From: Sphyrna mokarran
Taxonomy: Eukaryota
Direction: 5' to 3'
DNA: 64,000 bases
NCBI GenBank assembly: GCA_024679065.1
Contig: JAGIQG010000010.1
Span: 62,930,001-62,994,000 of the forward strand
This document shows, in pieces, positions 1-13,774 of the stretch. The notes under the pieces are model-generated. The model had not been told where the DNA came from, ran no database searches, and saw only the letters and a program-made list of their open reading frames with translations. A program made the position numbers and the translations under genes. The first letter of the stretch is position 1, and each line of letters begins with the position of its first letter.

Positions 1-3000
1 TATTATAGGGTTTATTTATGAAAAATCTGGTTTAAAGTACTGTCAAAGAAACCCAGTGAAATCCTTATGATATCGGCTTATCCTTGCGATTTGATAGTTT
101 CACGTCCTTTCTAATGTCTGCTTAGCACTGAAGGACGATATTATTAAGATTCCACCCTAGTTGTCTTATCTGTTACAAAATGTACCATCTACCCAGATAT
201 TTCCCAGTGTCAAAATGTTAGGGGTTGGGGGTGGGGTGGCTGAGATGCTGGGCGTAAAGAGATATTTTAAACTATACAATAACCACAAGAGGTGACGAGG
301 CATGTTAGGTTGTTGGCATGCTCTGGGCTGAATTCTTTCTTTCAACAGCTCTGTATGTGACGTCAGTTAAGTGTTATATTGCAAATAGATCTTGGAAAAC
401 CTGACCATGTTGCCGTTATTATTATTATTTCCGCCGTAGCGTTACGTCTTTTTAGGTGAACTGTGTGTGCTGGGTCTATCAGTAGAAAGTTGTAGATTGG
501 CGCAGGGTTGCGTTGGCACTTCTCAGTCGCAGTACCAGAAATTGATAGGTGGGGGTTCACTGGCCGAATGGAAAATTTATCGGCAGCTGCGGTGACCAAA
601 GAACAGCGTAAATAAGTGGCGCAGGGAAATTAATGAATACTAGGGACTGTGAGAACATTAGGGTTTGTTGGTCAGACAGAGTTCTGTTAGCAAATAATAA
701 CACGTGATTCCGTAAACCTATTTTTGCACATAAACTGTGCTACTTGGTAGGAAATTATCAGGGCTGCATAAACCGTGCTGGGGGATGTTAATCCGTCTAG
801 CGCTGGGTGGAATACGGAATGATTTATGTGTCAACCCCGAGTAATTAAAAACTCTGAAAAGCCAGCCTAGTCTCCGATTTCTAAGTTTGATGTTTGCGGA
901 TACATGAAGCGAGGAAGTCAGATTTTATGTCACCGTTGCGTTAGATACTAGGAGAATGGCCAGACAATGGCACGGCACAAGAAACATCATTTTATTCTTT
1001 TTCATATTAGTTCACTTTATTCTGGAGAAGTTACATGCAGGGCCCGCTTTGACCTGAAGCATTCATTGTGTTCAATGTCGTGAAGATCTCGTGAAAAAAA
1101 TAGTTGAAACGTGTAGGGAAAGGTAGAATCGGGGATAAAATGTGACAAGGATGTAAACAATATTTTCGGATGCTGCATTGATTTGTATGATTCTATTATT
1201 CTAATCTGAATCCGGGTTTTTTCAAATCTCTTTTTTTCTCTCTCAAATTTGTGCTTCATTATCTCGTTTCCCTAGCACCGGCCCCTTTCGCTTACTTCAT
1301 TTCTAGATCCGTTAGCCTAAACCCCCCGAATGGTTACAATAAATTAAACATACTGATCAAGAGAGCCCTGCTGCGGAGATATCAAGCTGCATTAATTCCT
1401 GTCTCCTTTATCTGTATCCTTCAGTGACACCTTTAACTATTCCCAGTCACCGGCGGTTCACAGTTACTCAGCTGCCTTAACTCAAGTTTGCCTCTGACAG
1501 TACAGAAGCCTCAATTGTCACTGTCTTCCTCCTTCCAAAACGTGTACCCATCATTTATTTACAGGGTGCATCCGCCCATTAAAGTGCACGTCCAAAAACT
1601 GTAGGAACATGGAATTCACACATGTGCACGGATTGTATATTCGTCCTTGGTACTCCAATCTTAACTTTTAAACTGATTGCTGAATCTATATCGTTCACTT
1701 GTTCCCTTTCTGGTGGTTTTAAAAGTTCTGCTCGAGGTAGTCATCGCTGTCGCTTTCATCCGTTGAAATCTATTGGCTTTTCTAGTACAATAGTCCCACC
1801 CGGGAGAGTGAATTGCAGAAAAGAGCTCGAGGTGCCGAGGTACATTTTAAAATAATTGGCGATTGTTTGGAGCTGAGGCAATCTCCCAGGCTCCTTTCCC
1901 CGCCAGTTTTTGAGTAGTGTTTGATGTGATTAGTCTTCAAAATAAGCAGTAAGCTACAGAAAAAAACATTCTGAAGTTATCCAAACAATCCTTAGTTTAT
2001 GTTGAAGTTGCACTGTCTTAATTAATCAAAACTCGCCAACTGGTGCAACAGGTGTATTTTGCACTGAACGTGTTTAGTTTCAGTGGCATTGATTTTGTAA
2101 GTTTGCCATATGTCTGTATTTTCATTTAAAAAAACACTCCTTTGTGTTGAACACGAATGGCTTATATTTTAAACAAATTACTAAGCCTCTGCTTACTTTG
2201 TTTTGTTTTACCTTGGACGGACATAGGGACAATCTGTGATATTGATGCCTGGTTGTAGGTTGTGTTGTTTAGAAATACAGCAGAATCGGCGTCCAAAAGA
2301 AAAACACACACATAAATTCAACTGGTGATTTTATCACATAACGTATTTTAATCTTTAGGTTTTGTGGGTGGCATCAGGAAAACACTTTCTAGTTTATCAC
2401 CTTGCATTAACAAGGTGTGCAATAACTTAATCTACGCAACAGTTTGACAGCATGTTACACGTCAGTGGCAGAATACATTGTGCAACAATAGTTCTTGAAG
2501 CTTGAGTAAGCGAGATTGACCACTGCGTGTTCCCATAATCGATCTTAATTATTATGAAGATATAAAATACGCGGTGTGCATACCTAATGCTGTGAGGGAC
2601 CGTCTTGCTTACATACCAAGATCAAACGGATTTCATTTCTTTTAGAAAATAATATTGGATTGTAATAGTGAGCACTGAAAGGCGGGGTGCACTGGTATTT
2701 CGTCTGGTATTCTTTATCTTTTCAACCATGACATTGTTGGGAACGGCGTTCAGCATTGCAGTAGTTTCATTTAAGCGCAAGTATATACTTGGATTGTTGT
2801 AAATCTAAACTGCATTTTAATTGCGAGCCATAGATTCATATTCTGTTTCGAGTCAAAAGTGCTTGCACTCTGTTGAGATCGCCCGCTTCCCCATTGCAAA
2901 AAGGCTGCCGTTTCAGCTGTCACAGCTTCCCATTGATTCGCCCAAACCCTTCCCTTGAAGAATAACATTGCAAAAGTCACAGTTTCTCTCTTCGTCCCAA

Positions 3001-3310
3001 TTAACTTTATTTTTGGATGCATCCTCCCAGACATAGTTAGAAAGGCGAGGGTTACAACCCTGCTCACTTAGCACGGGTTGCATCCCCCTGCTGCAGGATT
3101 TGGAGGCCTTCATTGAGGGTGTCTGGCTGAAGCAGTGCTGCTCGATCGCAGGGGAACTGCCTCTCGCCCGCTGAGGCAGATACTGACCATCTTACAAGTT
3201 ATGTTCCTGGGCTCGACCTTTCAGTAAAACTGGGGGAGGGGGGAGGGAGCAAGAGGGGGCCTGGGGAGAGGGAAAAAAATCAAATTTCTCGGGTCGACTA
3301 GCCAACACTG

Positions 3311-3323
3311 GTTGCTTAGCAAC
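3311..3323. promoter_or_regulatory. RFX X-box motif downstream of a G-rich tract
   Basis: GTTGCTTAGCAAC matches the palindromic X-box; G-runs at 3232-3272; CpG-rich context. Confidence 0.45.
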
Positions 3324-3660
3324 AACATTCAAGTGGAGATGAAAGAATATGTATTTTTGTATTACTATTTATTGTTACAACAATTACAATAAGATGACAG
3401 TTTGCCTGACTCATTTGACTGTAGTGTGTTTAATTCAAGCCGAGACGGTATGTTCAGAAGTTGGGAGACCGGATAAAGTTGTAATTTTTCTAGAACAAGG
3501 GAGATGTTGCTGGGATTCCAGTCGGCTTCTGTTCGGTGACACACTATTCAGCAGCACTTCAAACCTGTGGTAGTAAATTGACGTCCACTAGCATTAGATT
3601 TATTTCAAAAATTGCATTGTGAGTGTGATTTCTGGGATACTTGATGAGTTCAGGTGGTAT

Positions 3661-3725
3661 CTGGCAATTAGGGATGGGCAATAAGTACCGACCTAGCCAA
3701 CAAAGCCCCCTCTACGATTGAATGA
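3661..3725 (+). mobile_element. Short 3' tail fragment of a LINE/SINE family
   Basis: GGCAATTAGGGATGGGCAATAAG resembles the tails at ~9017-9045 and ~14017-14037. Confidence 0.55.
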
Positions 3726-6700
3726 TAGTAATAAACAAGCCTCTGTGGTTATCACTTGTTATGCAGTAACGCGGGATACTCCTTAGGCGGCTTTCCATGT
3801 ATCAGGGGCCAAACTGGGTGGGAATTAAACAGGTCACTCCATCTAGTAGCCCTGAAGCCGGGAATTGCGATAAAGCTGCATATAAGCCAGCGAGATTTGA
3901 AAATAAGGCACTTAAAGTGACCATTTTCTATTTATGATTAGCATGCTTTGCAAGCTACGTTTTGAATCCCCAAATTGCACCGATTTCTTTTACTGACTTC
4001 AACCATTCTTTTATTTAACAGCCAATGTCAGACTGGTTGCAGAAGCCAGGGCCACAAGCCTTTGATGCCTATTACATTGCATCTTTTTAAAGATCTATAT
4101 TTAATTTGCCACATTCAAGATGGGATTGTTATTAGAAGTGCAGAGCTGGTATTGCTGAAGGCTCGGACACGTAAGAACTAAGGCATGACTGTCCATAAAT
4201 GCCATAGTTAAATTACTGCCTGGAAGCAACGAGATACTGCCTCAGCACGCCAGCTTATCCCGTTGTAAATATCATTAAGTTGTACAGCTGAAGTTGGACC
4301 ATTGTTGGCACTTTTCACTTTATGGTTAGGGATGCTCACTTTAAAAAAATTATTTGAAGTAGACTTGATTTTTCTTGATCAAGGGCTTCATAGGTAGTTA
4401 TTCTTTTCACTTGGACGAATTGTTCCCACTCATGCCCAGCTTTTTGTCATTGTTTCAGAATAGCTTTTAATGAGGTTGAAGATCAGCCATGATGTTAGTG
4501 AATAACTGAACAAGTTAAAGAAGCCATAGAGACTACTCTTGTTCCTATTTCATTTGTTCCTATAGCTAGGAGGCTGAGTCAAATGGTGCAGCAAAGCTCA
4601 CTGCTTCTAATCATTTGATAATTGGATTTGGTACTTGGACCTTTATCGTCCAAAAGTAATTATTAGATATGATAGTATAACGGATCTGGGCTTGAAGTGG
4701 TACAGTGCGTGGCACTCACAGAAAACTATTTTCAAGAAAAAAATCGGAATTTTGAGCGAATGGATCGGCGGCCCGTGTGGGATCAGCCGTGCCTGTGCGG
4801 AAGTAGAAAGTTCTTTGTTCAAGATGCACTGTTGCACCAGAGGGGAGACAACCTGACTTTGTACAAACTTTATTACAGACCTTAAAGGTATGTTTCTGAA
4901 CTCTTGCTGCTCGAATTAACTGCCGATCCCACAGCATTGGTGCATTTTGTAGAATTTCCACCTGCTAGTTTCATAAAACCACGTTACTGGTTTTTTGGTG
5001 TCACATCAGTATGTGTGATTTCCCGAACCAAAATGTCAATTATGTAAACAAAACTTCCTTAATGTTTCTTTTATTGCATACATCACAGATTGGTTACAGC
5101 TGCACTATTTACACATGTCAACGTGACCTTACAAATTATTACTCCAAAATACAATATAAGTGCTCGTTTTCTAAGCTTGCGTCAAATGCATGTCGTTCTC
5201 CTATCTTTCTTTAGTCATAGCTGACTTTGCCCAAATACTGCATATGGCAAATTATTGATTCAGATACAATAAGCCAAATACAAAGGTACTTCAAACTTTT
5301 TGTTATTGCTTCTACTTCGATGCTGAGATTAACTATCACAGCGGTGCAGTGGAAATAAAATGGGAATGTGTTTTGAAATATTCCGTGACTTGCCTTTTAA
5401 CTCATGATATCGGTCGCTTTGGAAAGTGGTGAGAATTAGTACATGGAGGAGCAGAATATCAAAGTTAAGACAATTCTGGCGAGAGAGACAAAGATGACAG
5501 AATTAAGAGTGGGGGAGGGACAGGGAACATTTGAAACCTCAGCCAGTCCCGGGGCGGATTAACCCCTTCAACCGTAGACTTCACATGCAAATTACATCAC
5601 AAATATTATTGTTTCAATGTTTCCAGGATACTCTTGGACATTAAGTTAACTTCATCATAAATAATACTTTCTTCGAGAATTGAAGAAATGGAAGGAAGGA
5701 TATCTTCTGCAGCTTTTTATTGGCGAGTGAAAATGCAAGATTTGTATTCATTGGTTACTGAAACATTATGTGTAACATCGGATAATTACTGTGATGTCCT
5801 CCTGAGTCCCATTCAATATGCACTAAAAGGTGAATCTCGACATTAAGATGATCAGATTCATGTATTGCTTTGTAATGAAACATGTGACATTAAAGTAAAT
5901 TTCAATGTGAGTGATCAGGATAAGGATTGTGTTGAGCTTTATGGAATATTTTGTCCAGCAGGAATATTGTTCTTGAACTGATGAGGTAGGTGAGCTCAAC
6001 GTTGTCACTGTTTCTAGTATTTGTATTTTTTGTATATTCATTAACTCTTGTGAGGTTACTCTTTGTCATAATGTAAGAAGGTAATCTGCAATAGGAGTGC
6101 ATTGATTACCAGGCGGAAGGATTCAACAACGCAAATTCCTAACGGAGCATACGAGACTTGTAAAGGTACACCGTAGAGAACACTGTGACACTCAGCAACA
6201 TGTGCATAAAAATGGTGATGTGAGGCAAAATGCGTGCATAGAACAGCATGCATACTGCCTGGTTTCTATTCTTATGAACAAAAATGCAGATGACAAGTGT
6301 GTACACAATACATAATCAATAGGCCAGATCGTACACTCATTCATTGTGGACTTTCATTATGAAACATGCTCGTTAGTATGAGTATGATACATATGAGAGC
6401 AATGTGGAGGAAGATGAAGGGGTGTACAGTTAACAGTGAGCCTTAAATCTTGGTTTTGTGATGACATTGAATGAAATTGGTATGAAATGCTTGAACAGAT
6501 GCCTAACAGCGCACTTTTTTTTCTTAAATTGCTCTTCACAATGGACAACATATGCCCTTTGCTATAGCTCCATTATATCCTGCTGCAGAATTTCACGTGA
6601 CACCGAATGATTGGTCAAGTCTGAGTGGAACAGGTATGTGCAATTTGAAATGCATTTGGAAGTTACTTTGAGTCTTGTGAGTCGTATCCTCTATATTGCT

Positions 6701-7634
6701 TAGGTCTCAGTAAAACAGAATCCTTGCTGTAGGGATGAGTTGAACAAGGATAGCATTTCTTGAATGCAACAGAATTTGTTTGGAAAAAGTATTTTTTTAT
6801 ATATGAAATGTAGAGAAGGCGAATTTGGATATTGTAGCCGCTGTTGTTCTTCGGGGTTTGAATCGAAAACATTTTCAGTCTCTAAGAGCCTAAGTCTCGT
6901 TGGCACAAATAATGATGTTAACAGTATCTTACACGTACAAGGATGTTTCACCCGCTATCACCATAGTCCACAAATTGTTTTAATAATTCTGTCAGCGCTA
7001 ACAAATTTCAGTGTGCTTACTGTCTTCATATCAGTTCGATTTTAATATTAATTCGTTAAACATTATCGTTCCGACAAGCCAGAGTAAACAAAGCGTTTTG
7101 AATCCCACACTCTTCACCTCGCTGCATGTACTGTGCATCTCAACCAAAACCTATGGGAAGAAAGACTCCTTCGAGAGCTGCCCCCTCCCTCGCCTTCTGG
7201 TTATGTATCTCAATTGCAATGTTATTTTCCCAATAATATTCCACTAATTAAAAAATGTGCCTAGTTCCACATATTTCCCTCATCTTGCTTGTTAATATTC
7301 AGCGCATCAGAATTAAAAGAATATATGTGAGTGTCTTTTCTTTGAAAAAAAATGTATTTTCTTTCGGTGAGCAAAATCTTAGTATTCTCAAAGGTTAGTA
7401 CTTAGCAGAATTAAATATGACTGGTTAGAGTCAATAATTAGGGCATGAGCCCTTTTTTGAATTTTAACTCAATTATTTTTCACACAAAATCAACACAATT
7501 GCACCAAATTACAACATGTGCAAGTATTCGGGGAAATAAATAGGTTAAGCTCAGCTAGCTTCTATACCTGAGCTTCTTATTGTGGCTAAAAGTCTCCGTG
7601 CCTTAAACCGCGCCAAGAATTCAACCCCTGCATA

Positions 7635-9070
7635 GTTGAACTAGTGTCTCTCCCCAAACTATTCCAATACAACTCCAAACCTGACTTTGCCCAGCACTGT
7701 CTTGTCCACAAAAAAGCAAAACACATCCAATCTAGCCAAACATTCTTCCATCAGTCTACTCTAAACCACCGGCAAAGTGATGGAAAGGATCTAGCATTGC
7801 TCAGTTTAAGCTCCCTTAGGACCACTCGGCTCAAGATCATATTGCAGCCTTGGTACAGGCATGGACAAAAGAGTTGAATTCCAGGGGTGAGGCGAGAGCA
7901 ACTGCCCTTGACACCAAGGCAGCATTTGATGAAGTGTGATATCAATTAACCCAAATATTATTGTGAGGGAATGGGGGCTTGGGATTCAGAACTGGTTGGA
8001 GCCATACCTATCACAGAGGAAAATAGTTGTGATGGTTACAGATCAATCACTTCAGTGGCAGGATATCACTGCAAGAGTTCCACAGGGCAGCGCCGTAGGC
8101 CCAACCATCTTTAGCTGCAATGACTCTCTCTCTCTCTCTCTCTTTATATATATATCACAGGTTCTGAAGTGGGGATGTTTGCTGATAATGAACGGTGCTC
8201 AGTTCCATTCACAACTCCTCATATAATGGAATGGTCTCTGTCTACTTTGTGGCATAACCCATTCTCCTTTCAGTGTTTGGGCTGATAATTGGCAAGTGAT
8301 ATTCACATTGCAACACAAGTGTCAGGCAATGGCCATCTTCAACAGAAGAGTATCCAACCATCACCTCCTGACATTCAATTGCATTGCCATCACTGAACCC
8401 CCAACCACCTACCCAATTATTAACATCCTGGGTCCGGGGGAAGAGGTTACCAGGAGCTAGAAAATGAACTAGACCAGCCATAAAAAGAACTGTACCTATA
8501 GAACAGATCAAAAGTTGTGTATTCTGAAACAAATAGCTCATTTCCTACTTTCCCAAAGCCCATCTACAAGGTATAAATGAGGAGGGTGATGAGGCGCCCC
8601 CCCCCCCCCCCCCGCCACTTGTCTGGATGAATGCAGCCCCAACAACACTCAATAAGTTCAACTCCATCCAGGACAAAGCAGACCGCTTGATTGGCATCTC
8701 CTCCACCGCTGGCACTATGTTGCCACGCATTTACAAACATGCACTGTAGTAACTCGCCAATGCATCTTTGACAGCACTTCCCAGATCTTCGATTTCACCC
8801 ATCTGGAGGGACAAAGACAGCCGGCACATGGGAATACTATTACCCTCAATTTCCCTCAAAATCACATGCCACCCTGATTTGGAAAAACATCCAGTCGTCT
8901 TTTATCCTCGCTGAGTGAAAATCCTGCAACTCTGTACCTAACAGTACCGTGTGGGCGTCTCTTCAGCACACGGGCAGCAGCGCTTGCAGAAGGAGAATGA
9001 CCGCCACCTTTTCAAAGGCAATTAGGAATGCACAATAAATGCTTGTGTTGCCAGTGCCGCCTACATCCCT
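7635..9070 (+). mobile_element. Decayed 5'-truncated non-LTR retrotransposon (CR1-group RT plus 3' UTR)
   Basis: ORF 7936-8226 contains WLEPYLSQRKIVV...RVPQGSAVGPTIF (RT motif), followed by an MFAD-like motif; many frameshifts; ends in GGCAATTAGGAATGCACAATAAATGC. Confidence 0.85.
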
Positions 9071-10256
9071 GTATTTGTTTCTATGTACAGATGGTAGGCA
9101 GTGTACACTGCAACCAGGCAGTATGTTGAAACTAAAACATTTTGCTTTCAATCCATATTACACTTGTTTTCACTATAAATTACAAACATAATAGCGGCGA
9201 ATCTCTCAAACATTTCTGAACAGCACAGCTAACTTTACAAGAGTTCAGTGATTTGGGAAGCACGTCATAGAGAGAAATGCCTAATGTGAACTGTAGAAAC
9301 CTCGATCATTCCAGAAACCTAAAAAAAAATTCTTTAATACTAGCCAAAACCGGTAGGCAATGATGCTCAACAGCAATTGCTATTCTCTTTTGCTCAAAAT
9401 GACGTTGAATATTGTTAGAATGTTCAAACATATTTTTTCTTCGGACAATGTGTCCAATTGGCGATCGGTTCCGAAAGGGGGTTTGGGGTGTGTTGCCTAC
9501 AAGTAAGAACAGCTGTTGAGAACAATGGAGTTCAATTTCAGCGGTTACAAACGTTCCAGATAGTTTGTTTCATTGCTCACGGACACATGGTGAGTGCATT
9601 GTGTAGTGATCACTCCGTTAGCCTGAAGTAAAATGGATGTGTACCATCGTCAGAAAGCTGGCTACGTTCCGGAAACCAGTAGATTTCGCGGCACGCAAAA
9701 GACTCCTTTAAAACGAGTTGCAAACGATGCCGTTCTTTCAACATAACATCCATGTAGGTTGTAGATAAACGTTTGCCTGAGGTGTCTAACACATCCTCTA
9801 TCCCACATTTCTGGCACTTCTCTGTGGAAATGGATGACCTAGGTGGTTCTCAGGCGTGTTTAGGTTAGCTTTTTTCAAAGAAACGAGGTTGGGTTTAACT
9901 TTCCAATGTAGCACAGTTCTGCAAGGCAGGATATTAAATGAGGAGGGTGGTGACTAATTAGATTTGCAACATTTATTGATTTGTATAGACTGAGGACTAG
10001 GGCAATGCGACAGTTAGGCAGCTGTTTGTTGGGTGGCGTTGGAGAGCAATAGTCAAGAAACTGTTAATCTCCGTCACCCCACAAATCGACAGTCCTGCGA
10101 CTATAAAACTAAACTCAGACCAGGAGGATGGAAGTTAAAACGTCAGTTGTTTTAATATATGTATATAGCATCTCTACTATATGTCTTAAAGCATAATGTC
10201 CTCACCAGACAACTAACTTATTCGTTTACTCGGATACCTAATGAACGTCGATTAAT

Positions 10257-10540
10257 GCGGCACTGTGGTTAGTACTTTTGTCCCACAGTGGCCCTGGATT
10301 CAAATCCGGCCTCTGCTCACTGTGTGGAGTTTGCACATTCTCTCCATGTCTGTGTGGGTTTCCTCCGGTTGCTTCGGTTTCCTCCTACAATCCAAAGATG
10401 CGCGGTTAGATTGATTGGCTAATCTAAATTGCCCGTTAATGTCAAGGGTTCTGGCAGGATGGATAAATTGGGAACAGGGCCTCGGCAGGATTGAGATCCG
10501 TGCAGACTCCTTCTGCATTGCAGGGATTCAATGATTCTAG
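10257..10540 (+). mobile_element. tRNA-derived SINE (HE1/V-SINE-like)
   Basis: A/B box-like head, core GTGTGGAGTTTGCACATTCTCTCCATGTCTGTGTGGGTTTCCTCCGG, tail TTCTGCATTGCAGGGATTCAATGATTCTA. Confidence 0.85.
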
Positions 10541-12339
10541 TGCAGGTAAATCTTCGAATCTTAAAGAAATGTGTAGAAGTAAATCTTTCCCCCACTGTGT
10601 CTGTGATTGCCGAAAGAAACTAAACGGCTTAATCCAATTTCCTGTTTTTGGTTACTGGATAGGTAAGGGCACTCCAAGTGCATGTCCAAGTACTTTCCAG
10701 ATTAGATCAGGGGTTTCTGTCACTATCAGCCTCACTTCACACCTCGATCATTTCTTGGGTGAAAACATTTCTCCTCGACTCACCTCTAATCCTTCCGCCA
10801 ATTACTTTAAATCTATCTCCTCTCTGGCTAAGGGAAATGGGTTCTCCCTATTCACTCTACCTAAGCCCCCTCACAATTCAATTAATTAAGTCTCTCCTTC
10901 ACCGCTTCTGTTTCAAAATCCCTACAAATGTCGAACTGATTGTCAATAAATATTAGATTGCCACGAGCATTGTTTTTTTGTTGTGAAGAGAATCCTGCTG
11001 GAACGAGTACATGTTTTTCAGTTATTGCTCAGAATCCAATACAGACAGCAATATAAGTCTTCCTACTTGGGACAATGGCTGTAGTTGGTTTCTGTAAACC
11101 GGAGATCCTGCCAACCATCTTAAAGACGAATGGAATTCTGAAAACTGTACATAAAGTGAGGCAATCCTTCATTGAAGGAAGAAGTAGTTTCCACCTGAGT
11201 TTGGAAGAGTTTGGAAGTGACTGGCGAAGCTAGCAGCTAGTAATCGGTGTCCAATGGTTGGCAATGATGTGTGGGGGCTCCATCACAGATTACTTTAATT
11301 AAATTCAATCGCATAGTGGAATGGATATGATCTCATTGAATATATGTGTTTAGTTTTCTTTTAGATTGACCATTTTGAGTCATTGGCTTTCCCCCTCTTT
11401 TCCTCTTCTTGCTTGCCAGTATCTTATTGAATGAGTAGATATGTATAGGGCACAATGTATAGGGCTAAACTCTCGCAAAGAGCTGAACACACACAAATTT
11501 CTTCCTTCTGCATTGTGCCAGCCTATGATTGTGTGGCTCTAAATCCATTGTGTGACATGATGTGAAGGGGGAGGGGATGATACCATGACTGACCTCTGCC
11601 GGTGCTGCACTGACTATGAACATTAAGAATATCCCAGTAATATTCATGTTATTTGACACAACCAAATCGATTTATGAATGTATTATAGCTTGAATTGTTG
11701 ACATGTTCTATCAATATTTATCAAAAGCCATGTGCTACACTTAAATAATAAAATTGTGAAGATTGCTTACACCTTTATTATGTGTAAAAGTTTGTTTTCT
11801 CTGTATATGTATACCAATGATAATATGCTTAACTTCACCATGATAGTCATTTTCACCGGAATTGGCTGGTACATAGCATACTAACACTTTGCGGTCTAAT
11901 TTGTCTCGCTAGTATGATACTTTATGCGTTGTCTGAGAGTATCAGTCCGTCTGTTTTTTCACCCATCTTCTTTAGTTCACTTGATGCTGACAAAGGAAAT
12001 GGTTGTCCTGCCTTTAGATCTATTTCTACTATCTTCTTACGCTGGGATATTTACTAGGAAGCACCCAACGGTCACAATCATCTGGGGAACAATTTTCCCT
12101 TCAAATGGTCTACCTTCCCAGGAATGTGTCTGCCTCTCCTGATGCAGCAGAACGGTTGAGATAAGGGAGATGGAATCTGCGTGCCAACACCGTGAGTGTG
12201 CATCGCCAGACCATCTGTTCTGGTCGTTCCCGAAAACTTCCGATCGCCGCCTTAAGATGTGATGTTCGTCAGCTGTGTTCTTAATAAATATGCAACCATT
12301 TACAAATGAACAGAAAGTGTTCACCTCGAATGTTATATA

Positions 12340-13000
12340 TAATCTGGGCAAACTATATATATAATATATAGCATGGGCGTAGCATTGTATATATGGCGAG
12401 CGGTAAGATGTTACAAACAGCGTGGTGAATATCTTACCTGGTTTCTCTCTCAAGTGTGGGTAATTGTATTAGATACAGTATGATGAATGGGTCAATGTAG
12501 TGAGAGGAATTGCATCATTGAAGAATGGTATAACTATTATGAAGAAGGGTGTATACGCAGATGAGTGATTTATATTTACAATGTAGAAATCGTATCATAT
12601 ACGGTTTGAACTATATGCAAACAGAGAATCGTACATCAACTACATTGATAATGGTATTCCACATACAGCAGCCAGTATACAAAATATAATAAAAAGAAGT
12701 TATATGAAAATATATGGTTGATAGTATTGCATAGATTATAAAATATCATATATAGTGAGGGAGCTATTTTACTTAAAATGCGTGGTATAATGTCTACAAT
12801 ATAAGGCAGTGTGGGAAGACTGAAAATGAACATAGTGGGAATGGTATTATACAATGTGAGAGATTGAGCTGCACCAAATGGAGGAAAGATGTTACATTTA
12901 GTGTAGAGAACTTTATATACTGGAATTGAAACTATATTGCATATCGTATTGGTTACACATAAACATTTATTTATATATAGAGAGAGAATAGAAATTGTAT
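12340..13000. repeat. Degenerate AT/purine-rich low-complexity tract
   Basis: C-poor on + strand with recurring ATATAG/GAATGGTAT-like words; no clean period visible. Confidence 0.35.
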
Positions 13001-13396
13001 TCTGTCTTATTACCACTGTACTTTTTAGAACGCCTGTATCTTTCTCGCTAAGAAATTCAGTAATATTCTCTAAAAATGTTGCTGGTGCCATTCTGAAATG
13101 AGTTTCTACGTCAATATGTCTGACGTTAAATTTGATACAAAGATTGTGTAACAAACTGTCGCCAAATAAAACTGATTAATTATCTCTGAAGCATTGGCTG
13201 ACTGTCATTTCATTCCATTCATAGCTACCCGTCATTGTCCATAAATCGCGTGTGTGGAGAATTTTCATTTAGCATTTTGCAATTGGTGAAACTTCCTGGG
13301 CGTTTTGAACTGTGGGGAATTCTTTTTGTGATCATACTTCGAAGATGACGTGAAACACTACTGGTAAATTAGCTGAGCTAACAAAAGTCACTAAAG

Positions 13397-13600
13397 CAAA
13401 ACAGAAAATGCTGGAAATGTTCAACAGGTATGCAGTATCGACGGAAAGAGGAATCGAGTTACTGTTTCAGGTCAGCGATCTATAATCAGAAACTGATGAA
13501 AGGTCATCGAACTAACTTTCTTTCTCGCCTTAGGGTGCTACACGATCTCCTGAGTATTCCCAGTGTCTTCCGAATTCCAGCATGTGCAGTACCTGGTTTC
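13397..13600. mobile_element. Old fold-back remnant of Penelope-like terminal repeats
   Basis: Left arm AAAACAGAAAATGCTGGAAATGTTCAACAGG...TTTCAGGTC; right arm CTGATGAAAGGTCATCGA...CCTGAGTATTCCCAG; resembles the Penelope end at ~28840-28910. Confidence 0.6.
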
Positions 13601-13653
13601 TATATAAAAGTTGCCTGAACGAGCAACATTCTGAATTACACCCAAAAGTCTGC

Positions 13654-13685
13654 TAAGTTAAAACTAAGTTAAAACTAAGTTTAAA
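13654..13685. repeat. 11-bp tandem repeat (CTAAGTTAAAA) x~3
   Basis: Seen directly in sequence. Confidence 0.8.
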
Positions 13686-13774
13686 CCAGTTAAGTTAGAT
13701 ACTATAGATTTGTCTACATATAACTATCAAAAAATCAATACACATACTAGAGTCCTTTCACTTCAAGGGGAGAT

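Noticed and set aside
5551-5592. GC box plus octamer (GGGGCGG...ATGCAAAT) as an snRNA distal element
   Set aside because: No recognisable PSE or snRNA body nearby on either strand
5982-5995. TGAGGTAG seed (also at ~62543) as let-7
   Set aside because: Following bases do not match let-7 and no hairpin is evident
10257-10320. SINE heads as tRNA genes
   Set aside because: A/B boxes run into SINE cores with no cloverleaf or terminator
12636-13154. 172-aa ORF as a CDS
   Set aside because: Lies on a low-complexity tract, begins at a non-ATG codon, and has no recognisable domain
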